A program made the position numbers and the translations under genes. Below are positions 11,703 through 24,000 of a stretch of 64,000 nucleotides of DNA, in pieces. The notes beneath the pieces are model-generated. The model had not been told where the DNA came from. It saw only the letters and a program-made list of their open reading frames with translations, and did no database searches. How positions within the stretch are numbered: the stretch's first letter is position 1; each line of letters opens with the position of its first letter. Origin of the DNA: Squalus acanthias (Eukaryota). The stretch covers positions 77,254,001-77,318,000 of the forward strand of contig CM059432.1 of NCBI GenBank assembly GCA_030390025.1, in the 5' to 3' direction.

Positions 11703-12145
11703 GGGGCTCAGTTGGTAGCACCCTCAACTCTGGATCAGAAGGTTGTGGGTTCAAGTCCCACTCCAGAGACTTGAGCACAAAAATCTAGGCTGACATTCCA
11801 GTACTGAGAGAGTGCTGCACTGTCGGAGGTGCTGTCTTTCAATTGAGACATTAAACCGAGGCCTCATCTATTCTCTCAGGTGGACGTAAAAGATCCTATA
11901 GCAAAATTTCGAAGAAGAGCAGGGGAGTTATCCCCGGTGTCCTAGCCAATAGTTATCCATCAATCAACATCACTAAAACAGATTATCTGCTCATTATCAC
12001 GTTGCTGTTTGTGGGAGCTTGATGTGTGCCCATTGGCTGCCAAGTTTCCAACATTACAAAAGTGACTACACTTCAAAAAGTACTTCATTGGCTGTAAAGC
12101 GCTTTGGCATGTCTGTTGGTCATGAAAGGCGAGTCTTTTTTTTAA
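11703..12145 (+). mobile_element. tRNA-derived Deu-domain SINE (SacSINE1/AmnSINE1-like), near full length
   Basis: Pol III A box GGCTCAGTTGG (~11705-11715) and B box GGTTCAAGTCC (11748-11758). The central domain has GAAGAAGAGCAGGGGAGTT..CCCCGGTGTCCT, and the 3' part GTGACTACACTTCAAAAAGTACTTCATTGGCTGTAAAGCGCTTTGG. T-rich end. Confidence 0.85.
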
Positions 12146-12204
12146 TGTTTCTCCCTTATCTACCCTGCTAATTACAACCTCAAAAACGCTAATAGAGTTC
12201 TCAG

Positions 12205-15200
12205 AGTATCTGAGACTGGTACAGAGGAGTGGGGTATCTGAGACTGGTATAGTGGAGTGGGGTATCTGAGACTGGTACAGTAGAGTGGGGTATCTGAGAC
12301 TAGTATAGAGGAGTGGGGTATCTGAGACTAGTAGAGAGTAGTGGGGTATCTGAGACTAGTATAGTAGAGTGGGGTATCTGAGACTAGAATAGTGGAGTGG
12401 GGTATCTGAGACTGGTACAGTGGAGTGGGGTATCTGAGACTAGTATAGAGGAGTGGGGTATTTGAGACTAGAAGAGAGGAGTGGGGTATCTGAGACCAGT
12501 ATAGTAGAGTGGGGAATCTGAGACTAGAATAGAGGAGTGGGGTATCTGAGACTAGTATAGAGGAGTGGGGTATCTGAGACTAGTATAGAGGAGTGGGGTA
12601 TCTGAGACTGGTATAGTGGAGTGGGGTTTCTGAGACTGGTATAGAGGAGTGGGGTATCTGAGACTAGTATAATGGAGTGGGGTATCTGAGACTAGTATAG
12701 AGGAGTGGGGTATCTGAGACTAGTATAGTGGAGTGGGGTATCTGAGACTGGTATAGTGGAGTGGGGTATCTGTGACGATTATAGTGGAGTGGTGTATCTG
12801 AGACTGGTATAGTGGAGTGGGGTATCTAAGACTGGTATAGTGGAGTGGGGTATCTGAGACTGGTGTAGAGGAGTGGGGTATCTGAGACTAGTATAGAGGA
12901 GTGGAGTATCTGAGACTAGTATAGTGGAGTGGGGTATCTGAGACTGGTATAGAGGAGTGGGGTATCTGAGACTAGTATAGTGGAGTGGTGTATCTGAGAC
13001 TGGTATAGAGGAGTGGGGTAACTGAGACTAGTATAGTGGGGTGGGGTATCTGAGACTAGTATAGAGGAGTGGGGTATCTGAGACCAGTATAGAGGAGTGG
13101 GGTATCTGAGACCAATATAGAGGAGTGGGGTATCTGAGAATGGTATAGTGGAGTGGGGTATCTGAGACTAGTATAGAGGAGTGGGGTGTCTGAGACCAGT
13201 ATAGAGGAGTGGGGTATCTGAGACTGGTATAATGGAGTGGGGTATCTGTGACTATTATAGAGGAGAGGGCTTTCTGAGACTAGTATAGTGGAGTGGGGTA
13301 TCTGAGACTATCTAGTGGAGTGGGGTATCTGAGACTGGTATAGTGGAATTGGGTATCTGAGACTAGTATAGAGGAGTGGGGTATCTGAGACTAGTATAGT
13401 GGAGTGGGGTATCTGTGACTAGCAGAGAGGAGTGGGGTATCTGAGACCAGTATAGAGGAGTGGGGTATCTGAGACTGGTATGATGGAGTGGGGTACCTGT
13501 GACTATTATAGAGGAGTGGGCTATCTGAGACTAGTATAGTGGAGTGGGGTATCTGAGACTGGTATAGAGGAGTGGGGTATCTGAGACTAGTATAGTGTAC
13601 TGGGGTATCTGAGACTAGTATAGAGGAGTGGGGTATCTGAGACTATTATAGAGCAGTGGGGTATCTGAGACTGGTACAGTGGAGTGGGGTATCTGAGACT
13701 AGTATATTAGAGTGGGGTATCTGAGACTAGTATAGTGGAGTGAGGTATCTGAGACTAGTATAGTGGAGTGGGGTATCTAAGACTAGTATAGCGGAGTGGG
13801 GTATCTGAGACTATGTAGTGGAGTGGGGTATCTGAAACTATATAGTGGAGTGGGGTATCTGAGACTAGTATAGTGGAGTGGGCAATCTGAGACTATATAG
13901 TGGAGTGGGGTATCTAAGACTAGTATAGCGGAGTGGGGTATCTGAGACCATGTAGTGGAGTGGAGTATCTGAAACTATATAGTGGAGTGGGGTATCTGAG
14001 ACTAGTATAGTGGAGTGGGGTATCTGAGACTATATAGTGGAGTGGGGTATCTGAGACTGGTATAGTGGAGTGGGGTATCTGAGACTATATAGTGGAATAG
14101 GCTATCTGAGACTAGTATAAAGGAGTGGGCTATCTGAGACTAGTATAGTGGAGTGGGGTATCTGAGACTGGTATAGAGGAGTGGGGTATCTGAGACTAGT
14201 ATAGTGGAGTGGGGTATCTGAGACTAGTATGGTGGAGTGGGGTATCTGAGACTAGTATAGAGGAGTCGGGTACCTGAGACTAGTATAGAGGACTGCGCTA
14301 TCTTAGACGAGTAGAGTGGAGTGGGATATCTGAGTCTAGTGTAGAGGAGTGGGGTATCTGAGACTAGTATAGTGGCGTGGGGTTTCTGAGACCTATATAG
14401 TGGACTGGGGTTTCTGAGACTAGTATATTGTAGTGGGGTATCCGAGACCAGTATGGTGGAGTGGGGTATCTGAGACTGGCATAGAGGAGTGGGGTATCTG
14501 AGACTAGTATAGTGGAGTGGGGTATCTGAGACTGATATAGAGGAGTGGGGTATCTGAGACTAGTATAGCAGAGTGGGGTATCTGAGACTGGTATAATGGA
14601 GTGGGGTATCTGTGACTATTATAGAGGAGTGGGGTATCTGAGACTAGTATAGTGGAGTGGGGTATCTGAGACTGGTATAATGGAGTGGGGTATCTGTGAC
14701 TATTATAGAGGAGTGGGCTATCTGAGACTAGTACAGTGACGTGGGGTATCTGAGACTAGTATAGCGGAGTGGGGTATCTGAGACTAGTATAGTGGAATTG
14801 GGTATCTGAGACTAGTATAGAGGAGTGGGGTATCTGAGACTAGTATAGTGGAGTGGGGTATCTGTGACTAGTATAGAGGAGTGGGGTATCTGAGACTAGT
14901 ATAGAGGAGTGGGGTATCTGAGACCTGTATAGAGGAGTGGGGTATCTGAGACCAGTATAGAGGAGTGGGGTATCTGAGAATGGTATAGTGGAGTGGGATA
15001 TCTGAGACTAGTATAGCGGAGTGGGGTATCTGAGACTAGTATAGTGGAGTGGGGTATCTGAAACTGGTATAGAGGAGTGGGGTATCTGAGACTAGTATAG
15101 AGGAGTGGGGTATCTGAGACTAGTATAGAGGAGTGGGGTATCTGAGACTGTATAGTGGAGTGGGGTATCTGAGACTAGTATAGAGGAGTGGGGTATCTGA

Positions 15201-17046
15201 GACTAGTATAGAGGAGTGCGGTATCTGAGACTAGTATAGTGGAGTGGGGTATCTGAGACTAGTATAGTGGAGGGGTATCTGAGACTTGTATAGTGGAGTG
15301 GGGTATCTGAGACTAGTATAGAGGAGTGGGGTATCTGAGACTAGTATAGAGGAGTGGGGTATCTGAGACTAGTATAGTGGAGTGGGGTATCTGAGACTAG
15401 TATAGAGGAGTGGGGTATCTGAGACTAGTATAGTGGAGTGGGGTATCTGAGACTGGTATAGAGGAGTGGGGTATCTGAGACTAGTATAGAGGAGTGGGGT
15501 ATCTGAGACTAGTATAGAGGAGTGGGGTATCTGAGACTAGTATAGTGGAGTGGGGTATCTGAGACTAGTATAGAGGAGTGGGGTATCTGAGACTGGTATA
15601 GAGGAATGGGGTATCTGAGACAAGTATACGGGAGTGGGGTATATGAGACTAGTATAGTGGAGTGGGGTATCTGAGACTGGTGTAGAGGAATGGGGTATCT
15701 GAGACTAGTATAGAGGAGTGGGGTATCTGAGACTAGTATAGTGGAGTGGGGCATCTGAGACCAGTATAGTGGAGTGGGATATCTGAGACTAGTATAGAGG
15801 AGTGGGGTATCTGTGACTTGTATAGTGGCGTGGGGTATCTGAGACGAGTATAGAGGAGTGGGGTATCTGAGACTGGTATAGAGGAGTGGGGTTTCTGAGA
15901 CTAGTATAGTGGAGTGGGGTATCTGAGACTGGTATAGTGGAGTGGGATATCTGAGACTAGTAGAGTGACGTGGGGTATCTGAGACTAGTACAGTTGAGTG
16001 GAGTATCTGAGACTAGTATAGTGGAGTGGGGTATCTGAGACCTGTATAGTGGAGTGGGGTTTCTGAGACTAGTATATTGGAGTGGGGTTTCTGAGACCAG
16101 TATAGTGGAGTGGGGTATCTGAGACGAGTATAGAGAAGTGGGGTACCTGAGACTTGTATGGAGGAGTTGGATATCTGAGACTAGTATAGTGGAGGGGTAT
16201 CTGAGACTAGTACAGTGGAGTGGGGTATCTGAGACTAGTATAGTGGAGTGTGGTATCTGAGACTATTATAGAGCAGTGGGGTATCTGAGACTGGTATAGT
16301 GGAGTGGGGTATCTGAGACTACTATAGTGGAGTGGGGCATCTGAGAGTAGTATAGTGGAGGGGTATTTGAGACTAGTATAGTGGAGTGGGGTACCTGAGA
16401 CTTGTATGGAGGAGTGGGATATCTGAGACCAATATAGAGGAGTGGGGTATCTGAGACTAGTATAGAGGAGTGGGGTATCTGAGACTAGTATAGAGGAGTG
16501 GGGTATCTGAGACTGATATAGAGGAGTGGGGTTTCTGAGACTATTACAGTGGAGTGGGGTATCTGAGACTAGTATAGAGGAGTAGGTTATCTGAGTCAAA
16601 TATAGAGGATTGGGGTATCTGAGACTGGTATATTGGAGTGGGGTATCTGAGACTGGTATAGTGGAGTGGGGTATCTGAGACTAGTATAGTGGAGGGGTAT
16701 CTGAGACAAGTATAGTGGAGTGGGATATCTAAGACTAGTATAGCGGAGTGGGATATCTGAGACTAGTACAGTGGAGTGGGGTATCTGAGACTATATAGTG
16801 GAATGGGGTATCTGAGACTAGTATAGTGGAGTGGCGTTTCTGAGACCAGTATAATGGAGTGGGCTATCTGAGACGAGTATAGAGGAGTCGGGTACCTGAG
16901 ACTTGTATGGAGGAGTGGGATATCTGAGACGAGTATAGTGGAGTGGGGTATCTGTGACTATTATAGAGGAGTGGGGTATCTGAGACTGATATAGTGGATT
17001 GGGGAATCTGAGACAGGTATAGTGGAGTGGGGTATTTGAGACAAGT
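12205..17046 (+). repeat. 28-bp G-rich tandem repeat (satellite/minisatellite), left arm, ~173 units
   Basis: Head-to-tail GAGACTAGTATAG[T/A]GGAGTGGGGTATCT with no spacers. Many private variants; more diverged than the right arm. Confidence 0.98.
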
Positions 17047-20000
17047 ATAAGAACATAAGAACATAAGAACATAAGAAATAGGAGCAGGAGTAGGCCAAAC
17101 GGCCCCTCGAGCCTGCTCCGCCATTCAATAAGATCATGGCTGATCTGATCCTAACCGCCAATCTACTATCTATCACAGAACCATCTCCTGCATCTAACAG
17201 AATTGCACACACGAAATAGGAGCAGAATCAGGCTACACAGTCCCTGGGCCCGCTCCACTACCCACAGGGCCATGACCGATCCGAACCTAGACTCATGTCC
17301 AAATTCCTGCCCGCTCCCCGTAACCCTTAATGCCCTTTACTTCTAGGAAACTGTCTATTTCTGTTTTAAATTTAATTAATGTTGTAGCTTCTACAGCTTT
17401 TTGTGGCAGCATATTCCATGGACCTACCACCCTCTGAGTGAAGTAGTTCCTCCTCATCTCAGTTTTGAAAGAGCAGCCCCTTATTCTAAGACTATGTCCC
17501 CTAGTTCTCGTCTCACCCGTCATCGGGAACATCCTCCCCGCATCCACCCGATCCAACCCCTTCACAATCTTATATGTTTCAATAAGATCGCCTCTCATTC
17601 TTCTGAACTCCAATGAGTAGAGTCCCAATCTACCCAACCTCTCCTCATATGACCACCCCCTCATCCCCGGGATTAACCGAGTGAACCTTTTTTGCACTGC
17701 CTCGAGAGCAAGGATGTCTTTCCTTAAGTAAGGACACCAAAACTGTATGCAGTATTCCAGGTGCGGTCTCACCAATACCTTGTACAACTGAAGCAATACC
17801 TCCCTATTTTTATATTCTATCCCCCTAGCAATGAAAGCCAACATTCCATTTGCCTTCTTAATCACTTGCTGCACCTGCATACTAACCTTTTGAGTTTCGT
17901 GCACCAGGACCCCCAGATCCCTTTGCACTTCAGTACTCTCCAGTTTCTTGCCATTAAGATAATAAATTGCTCTAGGATTTTTCCTGCCAAAGTGCATCAC
18001 CTCACACTTTCCAGTGTTGTATTCCATCTGCCAAATCTCTGCCCACTTACTTAGCCTGTCTATGTCCCCTTGCAGGTTTTTTATGTCCTCCTCACTCACT
18101 ACTTTCCCTCCCATCTTTGTATCATCTGCAAATTTTGATATGTTACACTTGGTCCCTTCCTCCAAATCGTTAATATAGATTGTGAAGAGTTGGGGACCCA
18201 GCACTGACCCCTGTGGAACACCACTAGTTACTGATTGCCAGTCTGAGAATGAACCATTTATCCCAACTCTTTGCTTTCTGTTAGATAGCCAATCCTCTAT
18301 CCATGCCAGAATATTACCCCCAATCCCGTGATTTTTTACCTTAAGCAATAATCTTTTGTGTGGCACCTTGTCAAATGCCTTTTGGAAGTCTAAATACACT
18401 ACGTCCACTGGTTCCCCTTTATCCACTCTATATGTTACTTCCTCAAAGAACTCCAGCAAATTTGTCAAACATGACTTCCCCTTCGTAAAACCATGCTGAC
18501 TTTGTCCTATTAAATTATGATTATCCAAATGTCCTGTTACTGTTTCCTTAATAATGGACTCCAAAATTTTACCTACCACAGATGTTAGGCTAACCGGTCT
18601 ATAGTTACCAGCCTTCTGTCTACTGCCCTTTTTAAATAAGGGTGTTACATTAGCAGTTTTCCAGTCTGCCGGGACCTTAGCGGAATCCAGGGAGTTTTGA
18701 AAAATTATTACCAATGCATCTACAATCCCTACCGCCACTTCCTTCAAGACTCTAGGATGTAAGCCATCAGGTCCAGGTGATTTATCCGCCTTGAGTCCCA
18801 TTATTTTACCGAGTACCACTTCCTTAGTGATTTTGATCGTGTTTAGCTCCTCTCCCCCTATAGCCCCCTGTTTGTCCAGTGTTGGGATATTCTTAGTGTC
18901 CTCTACTGTAAAGACTGATACAAAATATTCATTCAGTGTTTTTGCCATCTCCATATTTCCCACCATTAATTTCCCGGTCTCATCCTCTAAGGGACCAACA
19001 TTTACTTTAGCCACCCTTTTTCTTTTTATATAACTATAAAAACTCTTACTATCTGTTTTTATATTTTTTGCTAATTTACTTTCATAATCTATCTTCCCTT
19101 TCTTAATCAATCTTTTTGTTATTTTTTGCTGCCTTTTAAAGTTTTCCCAATCCTCTGTCCTCCCACTAGATTTCGCTACCTTATATGCCCTTGTTTTTAG
19201 TCGAATACTATCCTTAATTTCTTTACTTAGCCACGGATGACTGTCCTTTCTTTTACACCCTTTTCTTTTCAGTGGAATATATTTTTTTTGGAAGTTGTAA
19301 AATAACTCCTTGAATGTACACCACTGATCATGTGTCGTCTTACCCTTTAATCTATTTTCCCAATCCACTCTACTCAATTCCGCTCGCATACCTTCATAGT
19401 CTCCTTTATTCAAGCTTAGCACGCTTGTTTGAGATCCAACCTTCTCACCCTCTAATTGAATATGGAATTCAACCATGTTATGGTCACTCATTCCAAGGGG
19501 ATCCTTTACTAGGACATTTTTAATTAATCCTGTCTCGTTACACAGGACCAGATCTAAGGTTGCTTGCTCCCTGGTCGGTTCAGTTACATACTGCTCAAGA
19601 AACCCATCCCTAATACACTCAATGAACTCATCCTCAAGGCAGCCCTGCCCCATTTGATTTGTCCAATTAATATGATAGTTAAAATCCCCCATAATTATAG
19701 ATGTTCCCTTATTACATGCCTCAACTATTTCCTGATTGATACTCCGTCCAATAGAGTTGCAACTGTTCGGAGGCCTATAGACTACGCCCACTAATGTTTT
19801 TTTCCCCTTATTATTCCTTATCTCCACCCAAACTGTTTCATTATCATGATTTTTTGACCCAATATCATTACTCTGTATTACAGTGATTCCTTCCTTTATT
19901 AACATAGCCACCCCACCTCCCCTTCCTTCCTGCCTGTCCTTCCTGATCGTTAAATAACCTGGTATGTTTAATTCCCAGGCATTGTCACCCTGCAGCCATG

Positions 20001-20268
20001 TTTCTGTAATGGCCACAATATCATAACCATATGTAGTTATTTGTGCCATTAACTCGTCTATTTTGTTACGAATGCTACGTGCATTCAGATAGAGAACTTT
20101 CAAATATGCTTTGTGGCACTTAGTTCCTGCTTTTTCACTTTTTACCAGTTTACCTTTTACTCCACACACTCTGTCCCTTCCTGCCACGCTCTGATTTGTG
20201 ATTCCCCTACTGCTACCTATGTCTATGACCCTCTCTGTTGTCATTTTTATTTTTTGCTCTCTGAATCT
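17047..20268 (-). mobile_element. Young CR1-clade LINE inserted antisense into the 28-bp array; no ORF1 visible
   Basis: 3' tail (GTTCTTAT)3 at 17047-17070, conserved 3' stem-loop at 17079-17119, intact ORF2. The 5' side gives way at ~20268 to a different 53-bp repeat and then the gap. Confidence 0.92.
17293..20244 (-). CDS. LINE ORF2: apurinic-type endonuclease + reverse transcriptase, uninterrupted (~983 aa from ATG 20244; the ORF track extends it to 20343)
   Basis: APE motifs YLNARS, ITETWL, GGGV, YRPP, GDFN, LDL, SDH. RT motifs PGPDG, NYRPVSL, QHGF, LDFQKAFDKV, GVPQGSVLGP, FADD. No stops or frameshifts. The extra 33 N-terminal aa in the ORF track come mostly from the flanking 53-bp repeat. 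Confidence 0.93.
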   Translation of the reverse strand: MTTERVIDIGSSRGITNQSVAGRDRVCGVKGKLVKSEKAGTKCHKAYLKVLYLNARSIRNKIDELMAQITTYGYDIVAITETWLQGDNAWELNIPGYLTIRKDRQEGRGGGVAMLIKEGITVIQSNDIGSKNHDNETVWVEIRNNKGKKTLVGVVYRPPNSCNSIGRSINQEIVEACNKGTSIIMGDFNYHINWTNQMGQGCLEDEFIECIRDGFLEQYVTEPTREQATLDLVLCNETGLIKNVLVKDPLGMSDHNMVEFHIQLEGEKVGSQTSVLSLNKGDYEGMRAELSRVDWENRLKGKTTHDQWCTFKELFYNFQKKYIPLKRKGCKRKDSHPWLSKEIKDSIRLKTRAYKVAKSSGRTEDWENFKRQQKITKRLIKKGKIDYESKLAKNIKTDSKSFYSYIKRKRVAKVNVGPLEDETGKLMVGNMEMAKTLNEYFVSVFTVEDTKNIPTLDKQGAIGGEELNTIKITKEVVLGKIMGLKADKSPGPDGLHPRVLKEVAVGIVDALVIIFQNSLDSAKVPADWKTANVTPLFKKGSRQKAGNYRPVSLTSVVGKILESIIKETVTGHLDNHNLIGQSQHGFTKGKSCLTNLLEFFEEVTYRVDKGEPVDVVYLDFQKAFDKVPHKRLLLKVKNHGIGGNILAWIEDWLSNRKQRVGINGSFSDWQSVTSGVPQGSVLGPQLFTIYINDLEEGTKCNISKFADDTKMGGKVVSEEDIKNLQGDIDRLSKWAEIWQMEYNTGKCEVMHFGRKNPRAIYYLNGKKLESTEVQRDLGVLVHETQKVSMQVQQVIKKANGMLAFIARGIEYKNREVLLQLYKVLVRPHLEYCIQFWCPYLRKDILALEAVQKRFTRLIPGMRGWSYEERLGRLGLYSLEFRRMRGDLIETYKIVKGLDRVDAGRMFPMTGETRTRGHSLRIRGCSFKTEMRRNYFTQRVVGPWNMLPQKAVEATTLIKFKTEIDSFLEVKGIKGYGERAGIWT

Positions 20269-20392
20269 CTGAATCACTGAAACCAAGGATTCACTGAAAG
20301 ACTCGATGAATGAACAACTCATTGAATCGCTGAAAGCAAGCATTCACTGAAAAACTCGATGAATGAGGGTTTCATTGAAGCTCTGAATTACT
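20265..20392. repeat. ~53-bp tandem repeat (about 2.4 copies visible) running into the gap
   Basis: ATTCACTGAAAGACTCGATGAATGA at 20289 and ATTCACTGAAAAACTCGATGAATGA at 20342. GAATCACTGAAACCAAG at 20271 and GAATCGCTGAAAGCAAG at 20324. Both offsets are 53. Confidence 0.75.
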
Positions 20393-21022
20393 NNNNNNNN
20401 NNNNNNNNNNNNNNNNNNNNNNNNNNNNNNNNNNNNNNNNNNNNNNNNNNNNNNNNNNNNNNNNNNNNNNNNNNNNNNNNNNNNNNNNNNNNNNNNNNNN
20501 NNNNNNNNNNNNNNNNNNNNNNNNNNNNNNNNNNNNNNNNNNNNNNNNNNNNNNNNNNNNNNNNNNNNNNNNNNNNNNNNNNNNNNNNNNNNNNNNNNNN
20601 NNNNNNNNNNNNNNNNNNNNNNNNNNNNNNNNNNNNNNNNNNNNNNNNNNNNNNNNNNNNNNNNNNNNNNNNNNNNNNNNNNNNNNNNNNNNNNNNNNNN
20701 NNNNNNNNNNNNNNNNNNNNNNNNNNNNNNNNNNNNNNNNNNNNNNNNNNNNNNNNNNNNNNNNNNNNNNNNNNNNNNNNNNNNNNNNNNNNNNNNNNNN
20801 NNNNNNNNNNNNNNNNNNNNNNNNNNNNNNNNNNNNNNNNNNNNNNNNNNNNNNNNNNNNNNNNNNNNNNNNNNNNNNNNNNNNNNNNNNNNNNNNNNNN
20901 NNNNNNNNNNNNNNNNNNNNNNNNNNNNNNNNNNNNNNNNNNNNNNNNNNNNNNNNNNNNNNNNNNNNNNNNNNNNNNNNNNNNNNNNNNNNNNNNNNNN
21001 NNNNNNNNNNNNNNNNNNNNNN
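20393..21022. other. Assembly gap (630 N)
   Basis: Run of n characters. Confidence 1.
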
Positions 21023-24000
21023 GGAGTGGGGTATCTGAGACTGGTATAGTGGAGTGGGGTATCTGAGACTGGTATAGAGGAGTGGGGTATCTGAGACTAG
21101 TATAGTGGAGTGGGGTATCTGAGACTAGTACAGTGGAGTGGGGTATCTGAGACTAGTGTAGAGGAGTGGGGTAGCTGAGACTAGAATTGAGGAGTGGAGT
21201 ATTTGAGACTGGTATTGTTGAGTGGGGTATCTGAGACTAGTGTAGAGGTGTGGGGTAGCTGAGACTAGCAAAGTGGAGTGGGGCTTCTTAGACTAGTATA
21301 GTGGAGTGGGGTATCTGAGACTCGTGTGGAGGTGTGGGGTTTCTGAGACTAGTATAGTGGAATGGGGTATCTGAGACTGGTATCGTGCAGTGGGGTATCT
21401 GAGACTAGTGTAGAGGAGTGGGGTTTCTGAGACTGATATAGAGGAGTGGGGTATCTGAGACTACTATGGTGGAGTGGGGTTTCTGAGACTGATATAGAGG
21501 AGTGGGGTATCTGAGACTACTATGGTGGAGTGGGATAGCTGAGACTATAATTGAGGAGTGGGGTATCTGAGACTGGTATAGTGGAGTGGGGTGTCTGAGA
21601 CTGGTATAGTGGAGTGGGGTATCTGAGACTAGAATAGAGGAGTGGGGTATCTGAGACTAGTATAGTGGAGTGGGGTATCTGAGACTGGTATAGAGGAGTG
21701 GGGTATCTGAGACTAGTATAGTGGAGTGGGGTATCTGAGACTGTATAGAGGAGTGGGGTATCTGAGACTAGTATAGTGGAGTGGGGTATCTGAGACTAGT
21801 ATAGAGGAGTGGGGTATCTGAGACTGTATAGTGGAGTGGGGTATCTGAGACTAGTATAGAGGAGTGGGGTATCTGAGACTAGTATAGTGGAGTGGGGTAT
21901 CTGAGACTAGTATAGTGGAGTGGGGTATCTGAGACTAGTATAGTGGAGTGGGGTATCTGAGACTAGTATAGAGGAGTGGGGTATCTGAGACTAGTATAGT
22001 GGAGTGGGGTATCTGAGACTAGTATAGTGGAGTGGGTATCTGAGACTAGTATAGAGGAGTGGGGTATCTGAGACTAGTATAGTGGAGTGGGTATCTGAGA
22101 CTGGTATAGAGGAGTGGGGTATCTGAGACTAGTATAGTGGAGTGGGGTATCTGAGACTGGTATAGTGGAGTGGGGTATCTGAGACTGGTATAGTGGAGTG
22201 GGGTATCTGAGACTAGTATAGAGGAGTGGGGTATCTGAGACTGTATAGTGGAGTGGGGTATCTGAGACTGGTATAGTGGAGTGGGTATCTGAGACTAGTA
22301 TAGTGGAGTGGGGTATCTGAGACTCGTATAGTGGAGTGGGGTATCTGAGACTAGTATAGTGGAGTGGGGTATCTGAGACTAGTATAGAGGAGTGGGGTAT
22401 CTGAGACTAGTATAGTGGAGTGGGGTATCTGAGACTAGTATAGAGGAGTGGGGTATCTGAGACTAGTATAGTGGAGTGGGTATCTGAGACTAGTATAGTG
22501 GAGTGGGGTATCTGAGACTAGTATAGTGGAGTGGGGTATCTGAGACTAGTATAGAGGAGTGGGGTATCTGAGACTAGTATAGAGGAGTGGGGTATCTGAG
22601 ACTAGTATAGTGGAGTGGGGTATCTGAGACTAGTATAGTGGAGTGGGGTATCTGAGACTAGTATAGTGGAGTGGGGTATCTGAGACTGGTATAGAGGAGT
22701 GGGGTATCTGAGACTAGTATAGTGGAGTGGGGTATCTGAGACTAGTATAGTGGAGTGGGGTATCTGAGACTGGTATAGTGGAGTGGGGTATCTGAGACTG
22801 ATATAGAGGAGTGGGGTATCTGAGACTAGTATAGTGGAGTGGGGTATCTGAGACAGGTATAGTGGAGTGGGGTATCTGAGACTGGTATAGAGGAGTGGGG
22901 TATCTGAGACTGGTATAGTGGAGTGGGGTATCTGAGACTAGGTATAGTGGAGTGGGGTATCTGAGACTGGTATAGAGGAGTGGGGTATCTGAGACTGGTA
23001 TAGAGGAGTGGGGTATCTGAGACTGGTATAGTGGAGTGGGGTATCTGAGACAGGTATAGTGGAGTGGGGTATCTGAGACTGGTATAGAGGAGTGGGGTAT
23101 CTGAGACTAATATAGTGGAGTGGGGTATCTGAGGCTTGGATAGAGGAGTGGGGTATCTGAGACTAAAATAGTGGAGTGAGGTTTCTGAGACTAGTTTAGT
23201 GGAGTGGGGTATCTGAGACTGGTATCGTGGAGTGGGGTATCTGAGACTAGTGTAGAGGAGTGGGGTATCTGAGACTAGTATAGTGGAGTGGGGTTTCTGA
23301 GACTGATATAGAGGAGTGGGGTATCTGAGACTACTATGGTGGAGTGGGGTAACTGAGACTAGAATTGAGGAGTGGGGTATCTGAGACTGGTATAGTGGAG
23401 TGGGTTGTCTGAGACTGGTATAGTGGAGTGGGGTATCTGAGACTAGAATAGAGGAGTGGGGTATCTGAGACTGGTATAGAGGAGTGGGGTATCTGAAACC
23501 GGTATAGAGGAGTGGGGTATCTGAGACTGGTATAGTGGAGTGGGGTATCTGAGACAGGTATAGTGGAGTGGGGTATCTGAGACTGGTATAGAGGAGTGGG
23601 GTATCTGAGACAAAAATAATGGAGTGGGGTATCTGAGGCTTGGATAGAGGAGTGGGGTATCTGAGACTAAAATAGTGGAGTGAGGTTTCTGAGACTAGTT
23701 TAGTGGAGTGGGGTATCTGAGACTGGTATCGTGGAGTGTGGTATCTGAGACTAGTATAGTGGAGTGGGGTATCTGAGACTAGTGTAGAGGAGTGGGGTAT
23801 CTGAGACTAGTATAGTGGAGTGGGGTTTCTGAGACTGATATAGAGGAGTGGGGTATCTGAGACTACTATGGTGGAGTGGGGTAGCTGAGACTAGAATTGA
23901 GGAGTGGGGTATGTGAGACTGGTATAGTGGAGTGGGGTGTCTGAGACTGGTATATTGGAGTGGGGTATCTGAGACTAGAATAGAGGAGTGGGGTATCTGA

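Noticed and set aside
11755..11773. SINE head CCCACTCCAGAGACTTG shares TGGAGTGGG (reverse) and GAGACT with the 28-mer, suggesting a SINE origin of the satellite
   Set aside because: The matches are short and in opposite orientations, which is not enough to claim derivation.
11703..11775. tRNA gene
   Set aside because: A and B boxes are present, but they run straight into a Deu-SINE body, so this is a SINE head rather than a tRNA gene.
12205..17046. SRE-like (ATACCCCAC) or GT-box motif in every satellite unit as an enhancer for the neighbouring gene
   Set aside because: Imperfect match to ATCACCCCAC, and short G-rich motifs are expected by chance. No supporting evidence.
20359..21066. 235-aa ORF
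   Set aside because: Spans the N gap.
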